A stretch of DNA of 63,465 bases, filler included, from Octopus bimaculoides (taxonomy: Eukaryota), in the NCBI RefSeq assembly GCF_001194135.2. It is 6 parts of 5 records of this genome, joined end to end, with 100 filler letters (N's around TTAATTAATTAA, not from the genome) between each part and the next. Parts side by side here need not be neighbours in the genome. Positions count along the whole stretch, not along the records: positions 1 to 21,364 come from NC_068984.1; positions 21,465 to 27,639 come from NC_069000.1; 4 more parts are not named here. One strand, written 5' to 3'. Position numbers and translations under genes: made by a program. Under the pieces are notes generated by a model. It was not told the origin of the DNA and ran no database searches. It saw only the letters and a list, made by a program, of their open reading frames with translations. Numbering within the stretch: the first letter of the stretch is position 1; each line of letters opens with the position of its first letter. Positions 12,936-25,000 of this stretch are shown here, piece by piece.

Positions 12936-13394
12936 TGCTGCTACTGCTCGAACATTATCTCCCGAAAGGCACATGCATGCACGCTGACACACGCACATTC
13001 ACATACTTCTATATTAGACTCACACACACACACATAAAGATATCTATATACATACACACACACACACACAACGATTAATTTACTCATAGTTTTAATATTT
13101 ATATAGGAAACCTGTCGTATGTCCAAATTTGGCCAAATGCGGTGTTTTCAATATTTATATCTGCTTACAATAGTCGGTTTTTCTGGTCAAACTATCGTAT
13201 CTCCAGCTGATTCAGATGCCAAGATATCAAAAATTGTCAAAGTGTAATACAACAGTTTTGCTATGGAATGGTGAAGTATTTTGTCGTTTTCTGAAAAAGC
13301 AACGCTTTGGACTTTCGACACTTTTGCATAATAGCAATGATATATAACTTTAAAATACATACATACATATACATTAACATGCATAAACATGCAT

Positions 13395-14820
13395 ACAATG
13401 CCAGTACTCATACCAACATTTGGGCTGCCTGATGAGACGCTTGATGAGATCCGAGCCATTGATGTGAAAACCCGAAAAATACTAACGAGCACACATAATT
13501 TCCACATAAACAGTGATGTAGACCGCCTCTACCTAAAACGTAAACAAGGCGGCAGAGGTTTAACATCGATCCAAAATGCCTTTGAATGTCACATCAAATC
13601 CCTTCGGCAACACCTTTTAACCACCAAGTGTTGAAGTGCATTCCTTGACCAAGTTTGCGTACATGAAGCTGTTAACATCGTAAGACTTGGAAGGTAGCTC
13701 CTTCAGCAACATTCTTTGTCTGATTACATAGAATACATGCCCAAAGAAGTCGTACGATTCTACCGCAATGTATCATCAGACGAAAGGATGAGCCTATATG
13801 AGCAGAAGACTATGCATGGATATGTTACTAGAAAGCTCCTTGATGATTGTAACATCGATCATCAAAGCAGTTTATCATGGACCAATAGCCGGATTACTAC
13901 CTTCCACTTTGAAGGGTATGCGTTTGCAATCTAGGAACAGGAAATATCAACCAAGTACCTGATGCACAAAAGGGATATAGATGCAGGTAAAGCCGTAAAG
14001 CGTGACAACCGATGCAGACTTTGTGGAGTTCACACTGAAGATATCACCCACAACATAAGCAGTTGTCCGAAAATGTTATCACGGTATTATCTACCAATGA
14101 GACATGAGGTTGTAGCTAGGACATTCTATAATGAAATCTGTTGGAAGGATAAACCCGACGCGAAAGAAATAAGAACCCACAATATGGTAGAAGCCATAGC
14201 CACTCATAATAAAAAGGAATATTGGTGGAATGTACCAGTGAAGACTTGAAAAAAATGTAAGCACAACAGACCTGATATGATGATCTGGGATAGAGAAGAG
14301 AAACTGAGCACAGCTGAGGAAATTAGCTGCCCAGCGGATGTTAACATAAAGCTGAAGATCAGTAAAAAACGAGAATACCTGTGCTAAACTATTGAGAAAT
14401 CTGCAGTTACTCTATCCAGATTACAAGTTCAGGTTTATACCTGTAATTATTGAGGCCCTGGGATATGTAACACACTGCCTAAATACAAATCTTGAGAAAT
14501 TAGGATTCTCAAAACCAGAAAGGAGAAAGCTAATCGAAGATTACAGATCCAGTCCATCACTGGAACTGTAAAAATCTATAAAACTTTCCAGAAGTTTATC
14601 ATTCAAATATTATATTAGATATGCAACTATATGCATGAGAATACATACATAAAAGAAACAAATCTGCGCATATATACATACATACATACATACATACATA
14701 CATACAAACAAAAATACTCTGTTGTTGATATTGAAATTCCAATGAAGGAGGCTTGGATTTAGGTTAGAAACCGTTTCTTTCTCTATTGGCAAGAAATCTT
14801 GAAATAAACTGAGTAATGAC
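13395..14820 (+). mobile_element. 5'-truncated R4/Dong-clade non-LTR retrotransposon (RT thumb, CCHC knuckle, restriction-like endonuclease), pseudogenised
   Basis: Pieced translation: IDVKTRKILT..DVDRLYLKRKQGGRGL; EQEISTKY..CRLCGVHTEDITHNISSC (CCHC); RHEVV; YWWNVPV..HNRPDMMIWD..EISCP (PD-D/E nuclease); ALGYV..LEKLG; GTVKI. Several stops and frameshifts. The 3' UTR ends AATAAA..(ATAC)n. Confidence 0.9.
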
Positions 14821-15000
14821 ATACATACATTCATACATACTTACATATATTTAATTTTGTTTCGATCACTGAACTGCAGCCGTGCTGGCTTTTATGTAAT
14901 TAAACGAATCGACCCCAGGAGTTATCTTTTTAAGTTCGACGTTCATTTTGTCGGTCCCTTTTGACAAACCGCTAGGTTACGGGGACACACACAAGTAACA

Positions 15001-15686
15001 GTGGACGTGACAAAGGAGCATATTCGGCATATTTTGCTTTATGAGGTCAATAAAGGCAACAACGCAGGAATATTAATGCAATATATGGGGATCGGACAAT
15101 AAGCGTAGTTCCAGAAATTCCGAGCCGGAAACTACAGCCTAGAAGACGAGTCTCGTCCTGGAAGATCTGTAGAGCTCGACGAGAACGTCCTGCAATCCCT
15201 GGTAGAACAAAATCCTATTGTAACTGTTGAGGAACTAGCAGAGAAGCATGGATTTGGTCATTCAACCATTCATCGATACCTGCGTGCCATCGGGAAATGG
15301 CCATCTTTGGTTTCAAGATGAAGGATGTTCTCCCATCAGGATAATGCTCGGCCACATACAGCGAGGATGACTTTCCAAAGAATGGAGCAATTTGAATGGG
15401 AAACGATGCCCTACTCATCATATTCGCCGGACATTGCCTCATCTGATTATCATTTATTCTGCAGTCTTCAAAAACATTTGGACGGAAAAAAATATGAATT
15501 CTGCAGAGGAGGAATATTTTTCGTCATAGACAAATGTATTTTGGAAGAAGGGCCTTGCAAGTCTACCAGATAGATGGAAGAGCATTGTAGAAAACGAAGG
15601 AGAGTATATTTTAGATTTTAAAAGAACTTTGTTTATCTTAATTTTGAAAAATATAAGTATAAAAAACCGCATTATTTATGGAATGA

Positions 15687-15687
<1 letters not shown>
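15001..15687 (+). mobile_element. Internally deleted mariner (DD34D) transposon remnant
   Basis: N-terminal HTH (KEHIRHILLYE..SLEDESRPGR..EQNP..TVEELA) joined directly to QDNARPH..YSPDIASSDYHLF. The 3' end resembles the TIR at 54661-54680. Confidence 0.9.
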
Positions 15688-15721
<34 letters not shown>

Positions 15722-15855
15722 NNNNNNNNNNNNNNNNNNNNNNNNNNNNNNNNNNNNNNNNNNNNNNNNNNNNNNNNNNNNNNNNNNNNNNNNNNNNNNN
15801 NNNNNNNNNNNNNNNNNNNNNNNNNNNNNNNNNNNNNNNNNNNNNNNNNNNNNNN

Positions 15856-15890
<35 letters not shown>

Positions 15891-16559
15891 CATACATATA
15901 GAGACAGTAGTGCAAATAAACACGCTTGGGCTTGATTTACAAAATATACATGCATACATAATATATACATGTAAAATATATAGCATCTCTGGATCTCGCC
16001 ATATACATACACATACATGCATACATACATATACATACATACATAGATACACACATACATGCATACATACACACACGCACATACATACATACATACATAC
16101 AAACACACACACATACATACACACATACAAACACACACATATACATACATGCATACATGCATACATACATACATACATGAACATACACACATTACCCGCA
16201 TAATATACATGATACAAGCCACACCCTCTCTTTCTCTCTCTTTTACTTCCTTCCCCCTTTCTCATCACACAATCACTCTCACCTTTCTCAAAAGCACGAA
16301 CACAAACCCCCTCCATTGTATTTCCTCTCTTTCCCACTCTCCACTTCTCCCCCTCCCTCTCTTACTCTCTCTCACACTCCGTTTTTGTCTTGTTCTTTTT
16401 TTTTTATTCTGTAATTTAGTATATATAAAAAAAAAGTATGTAAAGTACCCCTTTCTTTATATCATTCCACCCTTTTCCAATTCTTTCAAAAGATCTGGTG
16501 TCGCTTCGCAGCCTCTGACAACTGGTTATGGATTATCCTCCACCCCACTCCCTCTTCTA

Positions 16560-16900
16560 ACAAATACTACTAATACCACTATACACCACTACCACAACCA
16601 ACGCCTTCTCTATTTATTACTACTGCCACCACCACCACCACCACCAACACCTCCACTTCCATCTACGACACCTTCGATATCAACAACACCTTCGCCGCCC
16701 ACACTGCAATGACTACCACCACCGCCGCCAACACTACTCTCACTATCGCCACCCGTACCGCTCTTGCGAATACCTCCAGCACCACTATCACTATATTGCT
16801 ATCCCCCACCAGCACCAACGCTAACACTGCTACCACCACCGTCACCAGCTTCACCACTCCTGCCATCACCAACACAATCACCACTACGACAACCATGTAA
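16560..16900. repeat. Cryptic (ACC/ACT/CAC)n low-complexity tract
   Basis: Degenerate triplet repeats give poly-T/P/V pseudo-ORFs. Confidence 0.75.
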
Positions 16901-16904
16901 CGAT

Positions 16905-17100
16905 CTTCTACGTGGTCACTTAGGCGACTAGAAATAGCAGTCAAACCACATCCTATATTTTCAGAAAGAGGACGGAAGGACACGTTGGATAATGTTCTAC
17001 TAAATATAGCGAAAAATAGTCATAATAGGAATGGTCACAATTGCAATACCGTTGATCATAAAGGGGTGCTGGATCAAGTCTGACCTAGGGTTAAACAATA
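16905..17100 (+). mobile_element. Old unclassified dispersed repeat (other copies about 30710-30910 and 58120-58320, and a - strand fragment about 61310-61400)
   Basis: Shared motif series TGGTCAC...GAAATAGC...GGAAGGAC...ATGGTC...GATCATA...TGACCT in each copy, highly diverged. Confidence 0.5.
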
Positions 17101-17382
17101 ACAACATCGCTCATAACAAAATAGGCAGTAAACAGATACATAAATAAATTTATAAATAAACAAATTATATAGTTTATTCAACTCATCCCTCAGGTTTCGG
17201 TTTCTAGTGCAAATCTATTACAATATTGGGGAGAGTCATACTGCCTTAATATCTAACACACTCACCGGTTCAATTTCCACTCATTTATTATTTATATTTT
17301 TACTTTTCCAAAATTTTCGTTGCCTTTGCAACCTTGTCAATGGATATTGACTCTGTCCGTTATCAAACAATATATTTTTATA

Positions 17383-19001
17383 CAGAGTGCGTAAGGTATT
17401 TGAGGACATACCATTTTGTGGTCATTGCTGCAGTTTTTGCTAATTCTGTATAATCTTTGTTTCAGAAAATAATAATGGCAGACCCTCAGCTTACTCACGA
17501 AATGAAGAGGCATGCTGTTATTGTGGTTATAAAGCCTGAGTATAGTGATTTAGAAATACCGTAAATCCTCGAGTATAATCCGCACTTTTTCCCAAAATTT
17601 AAAGGTCGAAAATGAAAAATATTTTCTAAGCAAAATTTTCTAAGTGATAAATATGTAAAGGCAATTTACTTAATATTTATTTTTCACTGACGTTATTACT
17701 GTTATTTCTTTATTTTCTACAAACAAAGTGCACAAAAAAGCTACACGTTTGCATTATGTTATATATACAATAATAATAAAGGACGTTACCGTATATACGT
17801 TTACAAACCAAGGACGTTATATAGACCTCGTTGACTCAAGTTAGAGAAGGGGTGCGTATTATATACAAGGTTTAAGTTTTTCAGAGGTACAGCCCCCTAA
17901 AAATCCCCTGCGTATTATAATCAAGGGCGGACTATACTCGAGGATTTAAGGTATCTCGATTTTTAAAAGTTGCCAGATCTAGGAAGCTAGAGAGTGAAGA
18001 TGGAAACATCAAAGCATAAAAAGCATTCTAAACACTCTGAGATCATCAGAAAACCTGAATTTATCCAGCAAGTTCAACAGACCATTGATTATAATCCCAG
18101 AAATTCCATGAGGTCAGTTGCAAAAGATCTCCATGTGTCAGAAGGAACAGTCAGAAATGTTGTCCACGAAGACATCAGATATAAGTCTTATATGATGAAG
18201 AAAAGTCAATTTGTCAGAAAAAGCAAAAGAAAATCACTACATCAGATCTAAAAGGCTCTTAAACAAACTGAAAAATCCACCTGAAGATTTGATTTGGTTT
18301 TTCTCGAACGAGAAAAACTTCGACCGAGATCAAAAAGTTAACAGAAGAAATGACAGATGGTTATGTGCAGACCCTTCTTCAGTTCAAAGTGTTATGTATA
18401 CAAAATTTCCTGCAACTGTCATAGTTTTAGGGGTTGTCAGCAATGAAGGACATGTGCTGCCTCCTTACTTCTTCTCACAAGGCCTTAGAGTTAACTCTGC
18501 CGCCTATATTGAGGTCCTGGAAATAATTGTTAAGCCCTGGATAGACAGTGTATGCAATGGAAGGCTATATGTGTTTCAGTAAGACTCTGCATTATCACAC
18601 ATGGCTTTAGTAACACAGGAATGGATGGTTGAAGATTTTCATGATCACATAACCCCTAACATTTGGCCTCCTAATTACCCAGATTTCAATCCATTGGACT
18701 ATTACATGTGGGGCGTTGTTGAGAAAGAGGTCAATGAACATGCCCATAAAACCAGAGATTTTTTGAAAGCTGTCATAGTCAGAGTAATGTCCAAAATGAA
18801 CCAGGACCACTTGATTCGAGTATGTAGATGATTTAGATCTCATATAGAAGCAGTTGTTGAAGCTGAAGGTGGCTTTATTATAGAAAAGAAGGTTTATTTC
18901 TATTCTCATAGCATTTTTTGATAAATAAAGTTATCTGTTATTATATGTTCTTTTTTTTTTTTATAAACGTAAATCTGTCCTCAAGTATCTTACGCACTCT
19001 A
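17383..19001 (+). mobile_element. Full-length DD37D (maT-type) Tc1/mariner-superfamily transposon, inactivated
   Basis: 26-bp TIRs (CAGAGTGCGTAAGGTATTTGAGGACA / TGTCCTCAAGTATCTTACGCACTCTA) flanked by TA. Translation MADPQL..DLEI|SRFLKVARS; WFFSNEKNF; FQ*DSA..WPPNYPDFNPLDYYMW, with 37 residues counted between the 2nd and 3rd Asp. Confidence 0.92.
17559..17951. mobile_element. 393-bp Tc2/pogo-like MITE inserted in the DD37D transposase
   Basis: TIR CCGTAAATCCTCGAGTATAATCCGC / GCGGACTATACTCGAGGATTTAAGG. TA TSD at 17557-58 and 17952-53. Excision restores the reading frame DLEISRFLK. Confidence 0.92.
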
Positions 19002-19203
19002 TATATTTACTTGTTTTCTTTGTTTTTAATCCAAGGTCAATTCTGAGCAAGCGAAAAGATTATGACTAATGACATTCCAGCGATGAACATCACGTATCAC
19101 ACAACATTATCTCCCGGATTGTGCCCAGAGAGGATATTCTTTTTCGGTGAGGGGATTCTTTTTCGGTGAGAGAATTGAGGATTTTAACAGGTTGGGTATA
19201 TAT

Positions 19204-19775
19204 AGGCGCAGGCGTAAGTGTGTGTGGTAAGAAGCTTGGTTCCGGGTTAAGTCCCACGGCGTGGAAACTTGAGCGAGTGTTTTTGGCTATTGCTTCGAGT
19301 CAACCAAAACCTTGTGAGTGGATTTGGCAGACGGAAAAAGAAGCCCGTTAAGGCGGCGAGCTGGCAGAATCGTTAGAATGCCGGGCGAAATGCTTAACGG
19401 TATTTCGTCTGCAGCTACGTTCTGAGTTCAAATTCCGCCGAAGTCGACTTTATCTTTCATCCTTTCGGGGTCGATAAATTAAGTATCAGTGAAGCACTGG
19501 GGTCGATATCATCGACTAGTCCCCACCCCACAAATTTCAGGCCTTGGGTCTTTACTAGAAAGGAAAAAGAAGCCCGTGTGTGTGTGTGTGTCCGCCACCA
19601 CCGCTTCACAACTGGAATTGGTGTGCTTATTTTCTCTGTAATATAGCGGTTCAGCAAAAGAAGCCTATAGAACAAGTACCACACGAAAAAGTACTAGGGT
19701 CGATTAATTCGAAAAATTCTGCAACGCGGAGCCCCAGTATGGCCGCAGTCTAATGACTGAAACAAGTAAAAGATA
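19204..19775 (+). mobile_element. SINE family A with a family B copy (19349-19563) nested inside
   Basis: 14-bp TSD AAAAAGAAGCCCGT at 19335-19348 and 19564-19577. Confidence 0.9.
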
Positions 19776-19804
19776 AAAGATATAGACCATAAATTCGTCA
19801 TCAA

Positions 19805-21235
19805 CATGGTCGCCTAGGCAGGGACCCGGTTATTGGTAGCTGAATGCGCCGAGCCCGACATGCAGCACCTATAACAACCGGATTAGCAAATTGCTTAGCG
19901 AGTGGTTTTGGAGCGCTCTGAAGAGGAGAATTGGAATGGAATCGAAAGTTTTTGACAGAGGTGTAGCGATAGAGTGAAATATATCAGAAGAGAACTATTG
20001 GGCAAATTAGAAGCGATTAAAGAAGGCCAAACGACCGACATACAAGCGACGAGAACGGTCCTCAACTATTTCAGCTACGTGGAACATGATGGTCGCGTTG
20101 TTTGAGATAAGGCATATGTTTTAAGATGCAAAGGAACGAAGGCCGTTCAATAGACCAGGGTGGTGGAGACATAACATGGTAATAAAGCTACAATTCGGTC
20201 TTTGGTAATTGCAGCTTGTTTCGTAAAGGTACTTTACAACGGTATTTTACCCGATTATTTGGCGGGCTGGGGCAGGATAGACTGGAGATGGCAGCACAAT
20301 TTAATGCTTTCATCGACGGAGGACGCGAAAACTACAGAAACTGATAACTGCAGTTTAGACACGGTTGGCGGTAAATGATTGTATGAAGGGAAAACCGCTT
20401 GTTTTGCATTGTCTGTCCAACAAGTTACATGACAGACCAGTTCACCGACATCTTAGCAGACGTTCAATGCAATTGACGGCGTAACCGGGAAGTTCTGTAA
20501 GCCGGCGAGTGGTCGCCGCTGTGGAAGGACGCGAAAACTAGGTTATTGTTAATCTACAGCTAAATGCAGAGTTTAAGATTTTGGCCAAGATTTTAGGAAA
20601 AAAAGTTTGTGTTTATTATTGGCTGTGTGGTCGAGAAAGCACAAGCTTGCACGTTCCTGGGTAAATCTATATGACAACTGCCATCTTATGCGGTAGAGAG
20701 AGTAGGTAACAAATATGGCCTTGGTAGGTGACACTGATCAATTAAGATAAGGTCAACAACTGTTATTTGGAGATTGACCTGAAAACAACCCGTCTCGGTC
20801 TCATTTTTCAGAGACTAGATCGCTTCAACTGACGCAGCATCATCTCGGTGGCCACACTAAACGATCACCTATAGAAACTGCGTTATATCATACATTTGGT
20901 CCATCAAGGGTGCCCTCCCTTATCTATACTGTTTGTAGTAACTCTCGAGCCATTATTGCTGGAGATGCTGAGGGTCATGCTGCCGAGCTGTGACACAGGA
21001 GGAATGTATCGATATATACAGCTAACGTTACCGCAATGGCGTCAGACATCACGTAAGTGAATGTAGCTGACGAGCAAAGATTCACCGAGGTAATTTGGTA
21101 AGCATACAGTTCAGTATGCTTAATAACCAGAATCATGGGGCGCTTGTGTGCCGGACTGGTTACACTGCTTAGTGTTTGGTTAGGTATAGATCTCCAGTGG
21201 ACATAAACTAGAACGAAGCTGCCAGATGTAACGCC
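19805..21235 (+). mobile_element. Highly decayed L1/Tx1-type LINE reverse-transcriptase region
   Basis: Broken motifs in the expected order: LQLNAEFKILAKIL, VEKAQAC..PG.SI.DN, VHQGCP..LFVVTLEP, and a YADDV-like YTANVT. Confidence 0.75.
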
Positions 21236-21408
21236 TCACCATCCCTAAGTTTGCTGTCCTTGTATCAAAATTTGAAATGATGATTATTATATTATCATTA
21301 GTAGAGTTGGAAGGGCTTCGGATAACATTACCGAATGAGTCCCTTCATTTGAGAAAGAGGCGAGNNNNNNNNNNNNNNNNNNNNNNNNNNNNNNNNNNNN
21401 NNNNNNNN

Positions 21409-21420
21409 TTAATTAATTAA
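21409..21420. other. Artificial scaffold linker TTAATTAATTAA in 44N+12+44N (also 27684-27695, 34804-34815, 59930-59941, 61748-61759)
   Basis: An identical 100-bp construct occurs five times. The 12-mer is palindromic and puts stops in all six frames. Confidence 0.97.
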
Positions 21421-21489
21421 NNNNNNNNNNNNNNNNNNNNNNNNNNNNNNNNNNNNNNNNNNNNATATATATATATATATGACAAACAC

Positions 21490-21882
21490 ACATGTTAGAA
21501 GTAAATAGACACCCCATAAAACATCGTTTTCTGTTTATTCTAACATGTAAAGGTTTATATTTCTTATTAATTGATATTTTTATGTTTCTGATTCTATATT
21601 TGACTGTTTAATCATGTTATGTACAAAAGAAGCCTTGGAACTTTCTGAATTTCAAAGAGGCCGTATTGTGGGTCAGTCTGAAGGTGGACATAGTCAGCGT
21701 AAGATCGCAGAAAACCTTGGGATCCCGCTTTCTACAGTTAACAGAGTGATTGTGCAATTGTGTATATATAGAAAAAACAGTAAAAGGCTGTCGTTAAAGC
21801 CGATGTATCGTAGCTCTTCGCTTCGACATTCGAAACTCCGAGTGCTATACTGACAACCTTTTACTGTTTGTTCTAACATGTA
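21490..21882 (+). mobile_element. Tc1-like remnant (N-terminal paired-type HTH) ending in a ~120-bp inverted-repeat mini-element
   Basis: [38 protein letters not shown]. The motif ACATGTTAGAA/TTCTAACATGT occurs three times. Inverted repeat CAGTAAAAGGCTGTC / GACAACCTTTTACTG at about 21778-21868. Confidence 0.75.
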
Positions 21883-21951
21883 AATAATCCTCTCTCTCTG
21901 TCTCTATCTATTTATCTATCTATCTATCTATCTTGATAGATAGATAGAAAT

Positions 21952-22007
<56 letters not shown>

Positions 22008-22064
22008 CTCTCTTTATTGCACGATACATTGCCGAAACGCCGAGTAGCACCACCGTCTTTATAC

Positions 22065-22121
<57 letters not shown>

Positions 22122-22840
22122 TATGTGTGCGTGTGAGTGAGTGTTTGTATTTGTATGCGAAGATTGTTTTATACTTCGTTTTTCTCTGTTTTATTCTTCT
22201 TCTACGATGATATCTTTCTTTTGTAGTCTATACAGATGACTCTCGCTGAATTATTAAGATATCACGAACCAATACCACTCCATGCTACGAAACATAAACC
22301 CCCATCACCACCTCCATCACTGCCATCATTATTACACCATCACCATCACCATCACCATCATACCCACCAACGTCTACTACTATTTGATGTCAATTGAATC
22401 TCATAAGAAAATTTAACTATGTAAGAAATAACAAAGGGAGACAAACACGAAAATTTGGTGATAAATAGAAATTACAGAAATAATAGCTGTGAAATAGGGA
22501 CCTCTTTTTCTTTTATTAAGAGCTACCTCTACATTTACACCCTACCACACACACACACACAAACACATACATACGTATATATGTATATCTATACCCGCGT
22601 ATATATAGTCTATATGTATATAGATATGTGAGTGTGAATGTGTGTGTGTGTTGTATCTTTACATATATATATATGTGTGTGTATATGTGTATATGTATGT
22701 ATATACATGTATATATGTATGTATGTACTATTGTATGTATGTATGAGTGTATCAATATATATATATACACACACACATATACACGCACATGTATGTATAA
22801 TTGAAGGAACACTACACTGTTATAAATATGTATACATAAT

Positions 22841-22876
<36 letters not shown>

Positions 22877-24394
22877 NNNNNNNNNNNNNNNNNNNNNNNN
22901 NNNNNNNNNNNNNNNNNNNNNNNNNNNNNNNNNNNNNNNNNNNNNNNNNNNNNNNNNNNNNNNNNNNNNNNNNNNNNNNNNNNNNNNNNNNNNNNNNNNN
23001 NNNNNNNNNNNNNNNNNNNNNNNNNNNNNNNNNNNNNNNNNNNNNNNNNNNNNNNNNNNNNNNNNNNNNNNNNNNNNNNNNNNNNNNNNNNNNNNNNNNN
23101 NNNNNNNNNNNNNNNNNNNCACACACAATTACAATAACGAAATATACCTCGTTACAATCGCACAAACAGCAGACCGCCATTACGATACGAGAAAGACAAA
23201 GCAAAACGAAAACAACCAATGAAAAAATTACAATAACTTTCTAATAACTGCAGTCGAAACAGTAACATTAACTACAAAAGTAAGTTTATGAATATACAAG
23301 AAGTAAAGTGTTCAGTAATTTTCGCAAAACACTACAGATGACTTTTAAATAGGTTGTGTTTTACGATCGGTTTTTACGAAATTTTGGTATAGTTTGTTGC
23401 TGTTCGTTTTTGCTGCCTTTTTGGGCAGCACAGTATTTGAGACATACTCGCTTGCACACGTATGCACACACACACACGCACGCACGCACAGACCATATGT
23501 ACAGTCTTGAATATATATGTGCAAATGGTTGCATAGAAATGTGTAAGTGCATGTCCTTATATATATACATATACATATATATATATACGTACAAATATAT
23601 ATGTATATATATATATANNNNNNNNNNNNNNNNNNNNNNNNNNNNNNNNNNNNNNNNNNNNNNNNNNNNNNNNNNNNNNNNNNNNNNNNNNNNNNNNNNN
23701 NNNNNNNNNNNNNNNNNNNNNNNNNNNNNNNNNNNNNNNNNNNNNNNNNNNNNNNNNNNNNNNNNNNNNNNNNNNNNNNNNNNNNNNNNNNNNNNNNNNN
23801 NNNNNNNNNNNNNNNNNNNNNNNNNNNNNNNNNNNNNNNNNNNNNNNNNNNNNNNNNNNNNNNNNNNNNNNNNNNNNNNNNNNNNNNNNNNNNNNNNNNN
23901 NNNNNNNNNNNNNNNNNNNNNNNNNNNNNNNNNNNNNNNNNNNNNNNNNNNNNNNNNNNNNNNNNNNNNNNNNNNNNNNNNNNNNNNNNNNNNNNNNNNN
24001 NNNNNNNNNNNNNNNNNNNNNNNNNNNNNNNNNNNNNNNNNNNNNNNNNNNNNNNNNNNNNNNNNNNNNNNNNNNNNNNNNNNNNNNNNNNNNNNNNNNN
24101 NNNNNNNNNNNNNNNNNNNNNNNNNNNNNNNNNNNNNNNNNNNNNNNNNNNNNNNNNNNNNNNNNNNNNNNNNNNNNNNNNNNNNNNNNNNNNNNNNNNN
24201 NNNNNNNNNNNNNNNNNNNNNNNNNNNNNNNNNNNNNNNNNNNNNNNNNNATATGTACATATGTGTTTATTTGTAAACATGTATATATATATATAAACAC
24301 ACACACACACACACACACATATATATGTGTATGTCTATCTATCTATATATACACATGCACATGCATATATATAAACATTCTCACACACATGCAC

Positions 24395-24447
<53 letters not shown>

Positions 24448-24928
24448 TATATGTATATATATATATATTCATGGTGTGTATAATTGTTTTCTTCGATGTT
24501 TCGGTGTTGGTAGAAGTGGTAGTGGTAGCTGTTTTCATTACTGTATATTATATTTTCCCTTGAAACTACTACCCGTTGCTGAACTTAACCCAATTAATAG
24601 TAGACAGAAATGCCAAACACACATGAATGAACAACTGACGCCATTTTGGACAGACGGGACATCGAATTCAATTTATCTTCTTTTTTCTTTTCGTCTTCTT
24701 CTTCTTCCTCTTATTGTTAAACTGTTTAGCTCCCTTATTAAATTACATTTATTTTATACATGCAAAGTTACCCTCCTGGGACCAACATATGCTTGACACC
24801 AATTTTACTGATGACCATAACAAAACGCAACTAAATGAAAAATTATGTGTGTATATACATATATATATGTGTGTGTGTGTGTGTGTGTTTGTGTGTATGT
24901 ATATATGCACATACATATTTCTGTATAC

Positions 24929-25000
<72 letters not shown>

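Noticed and set aside
13425-13480. CTGATGAG motif in the R4/Dong element (similar at about 21068 and 55443)
   Set aside because: The first two are explained as coding sequence of LINE ORFs. None has the required stems plus GAAA.
22235-22400. Acceptor followed by a 53-codon His/Pro-rich ORF
   Set aside because: The composition is explained by (CAC/CAT)n repeats and there is no homology.
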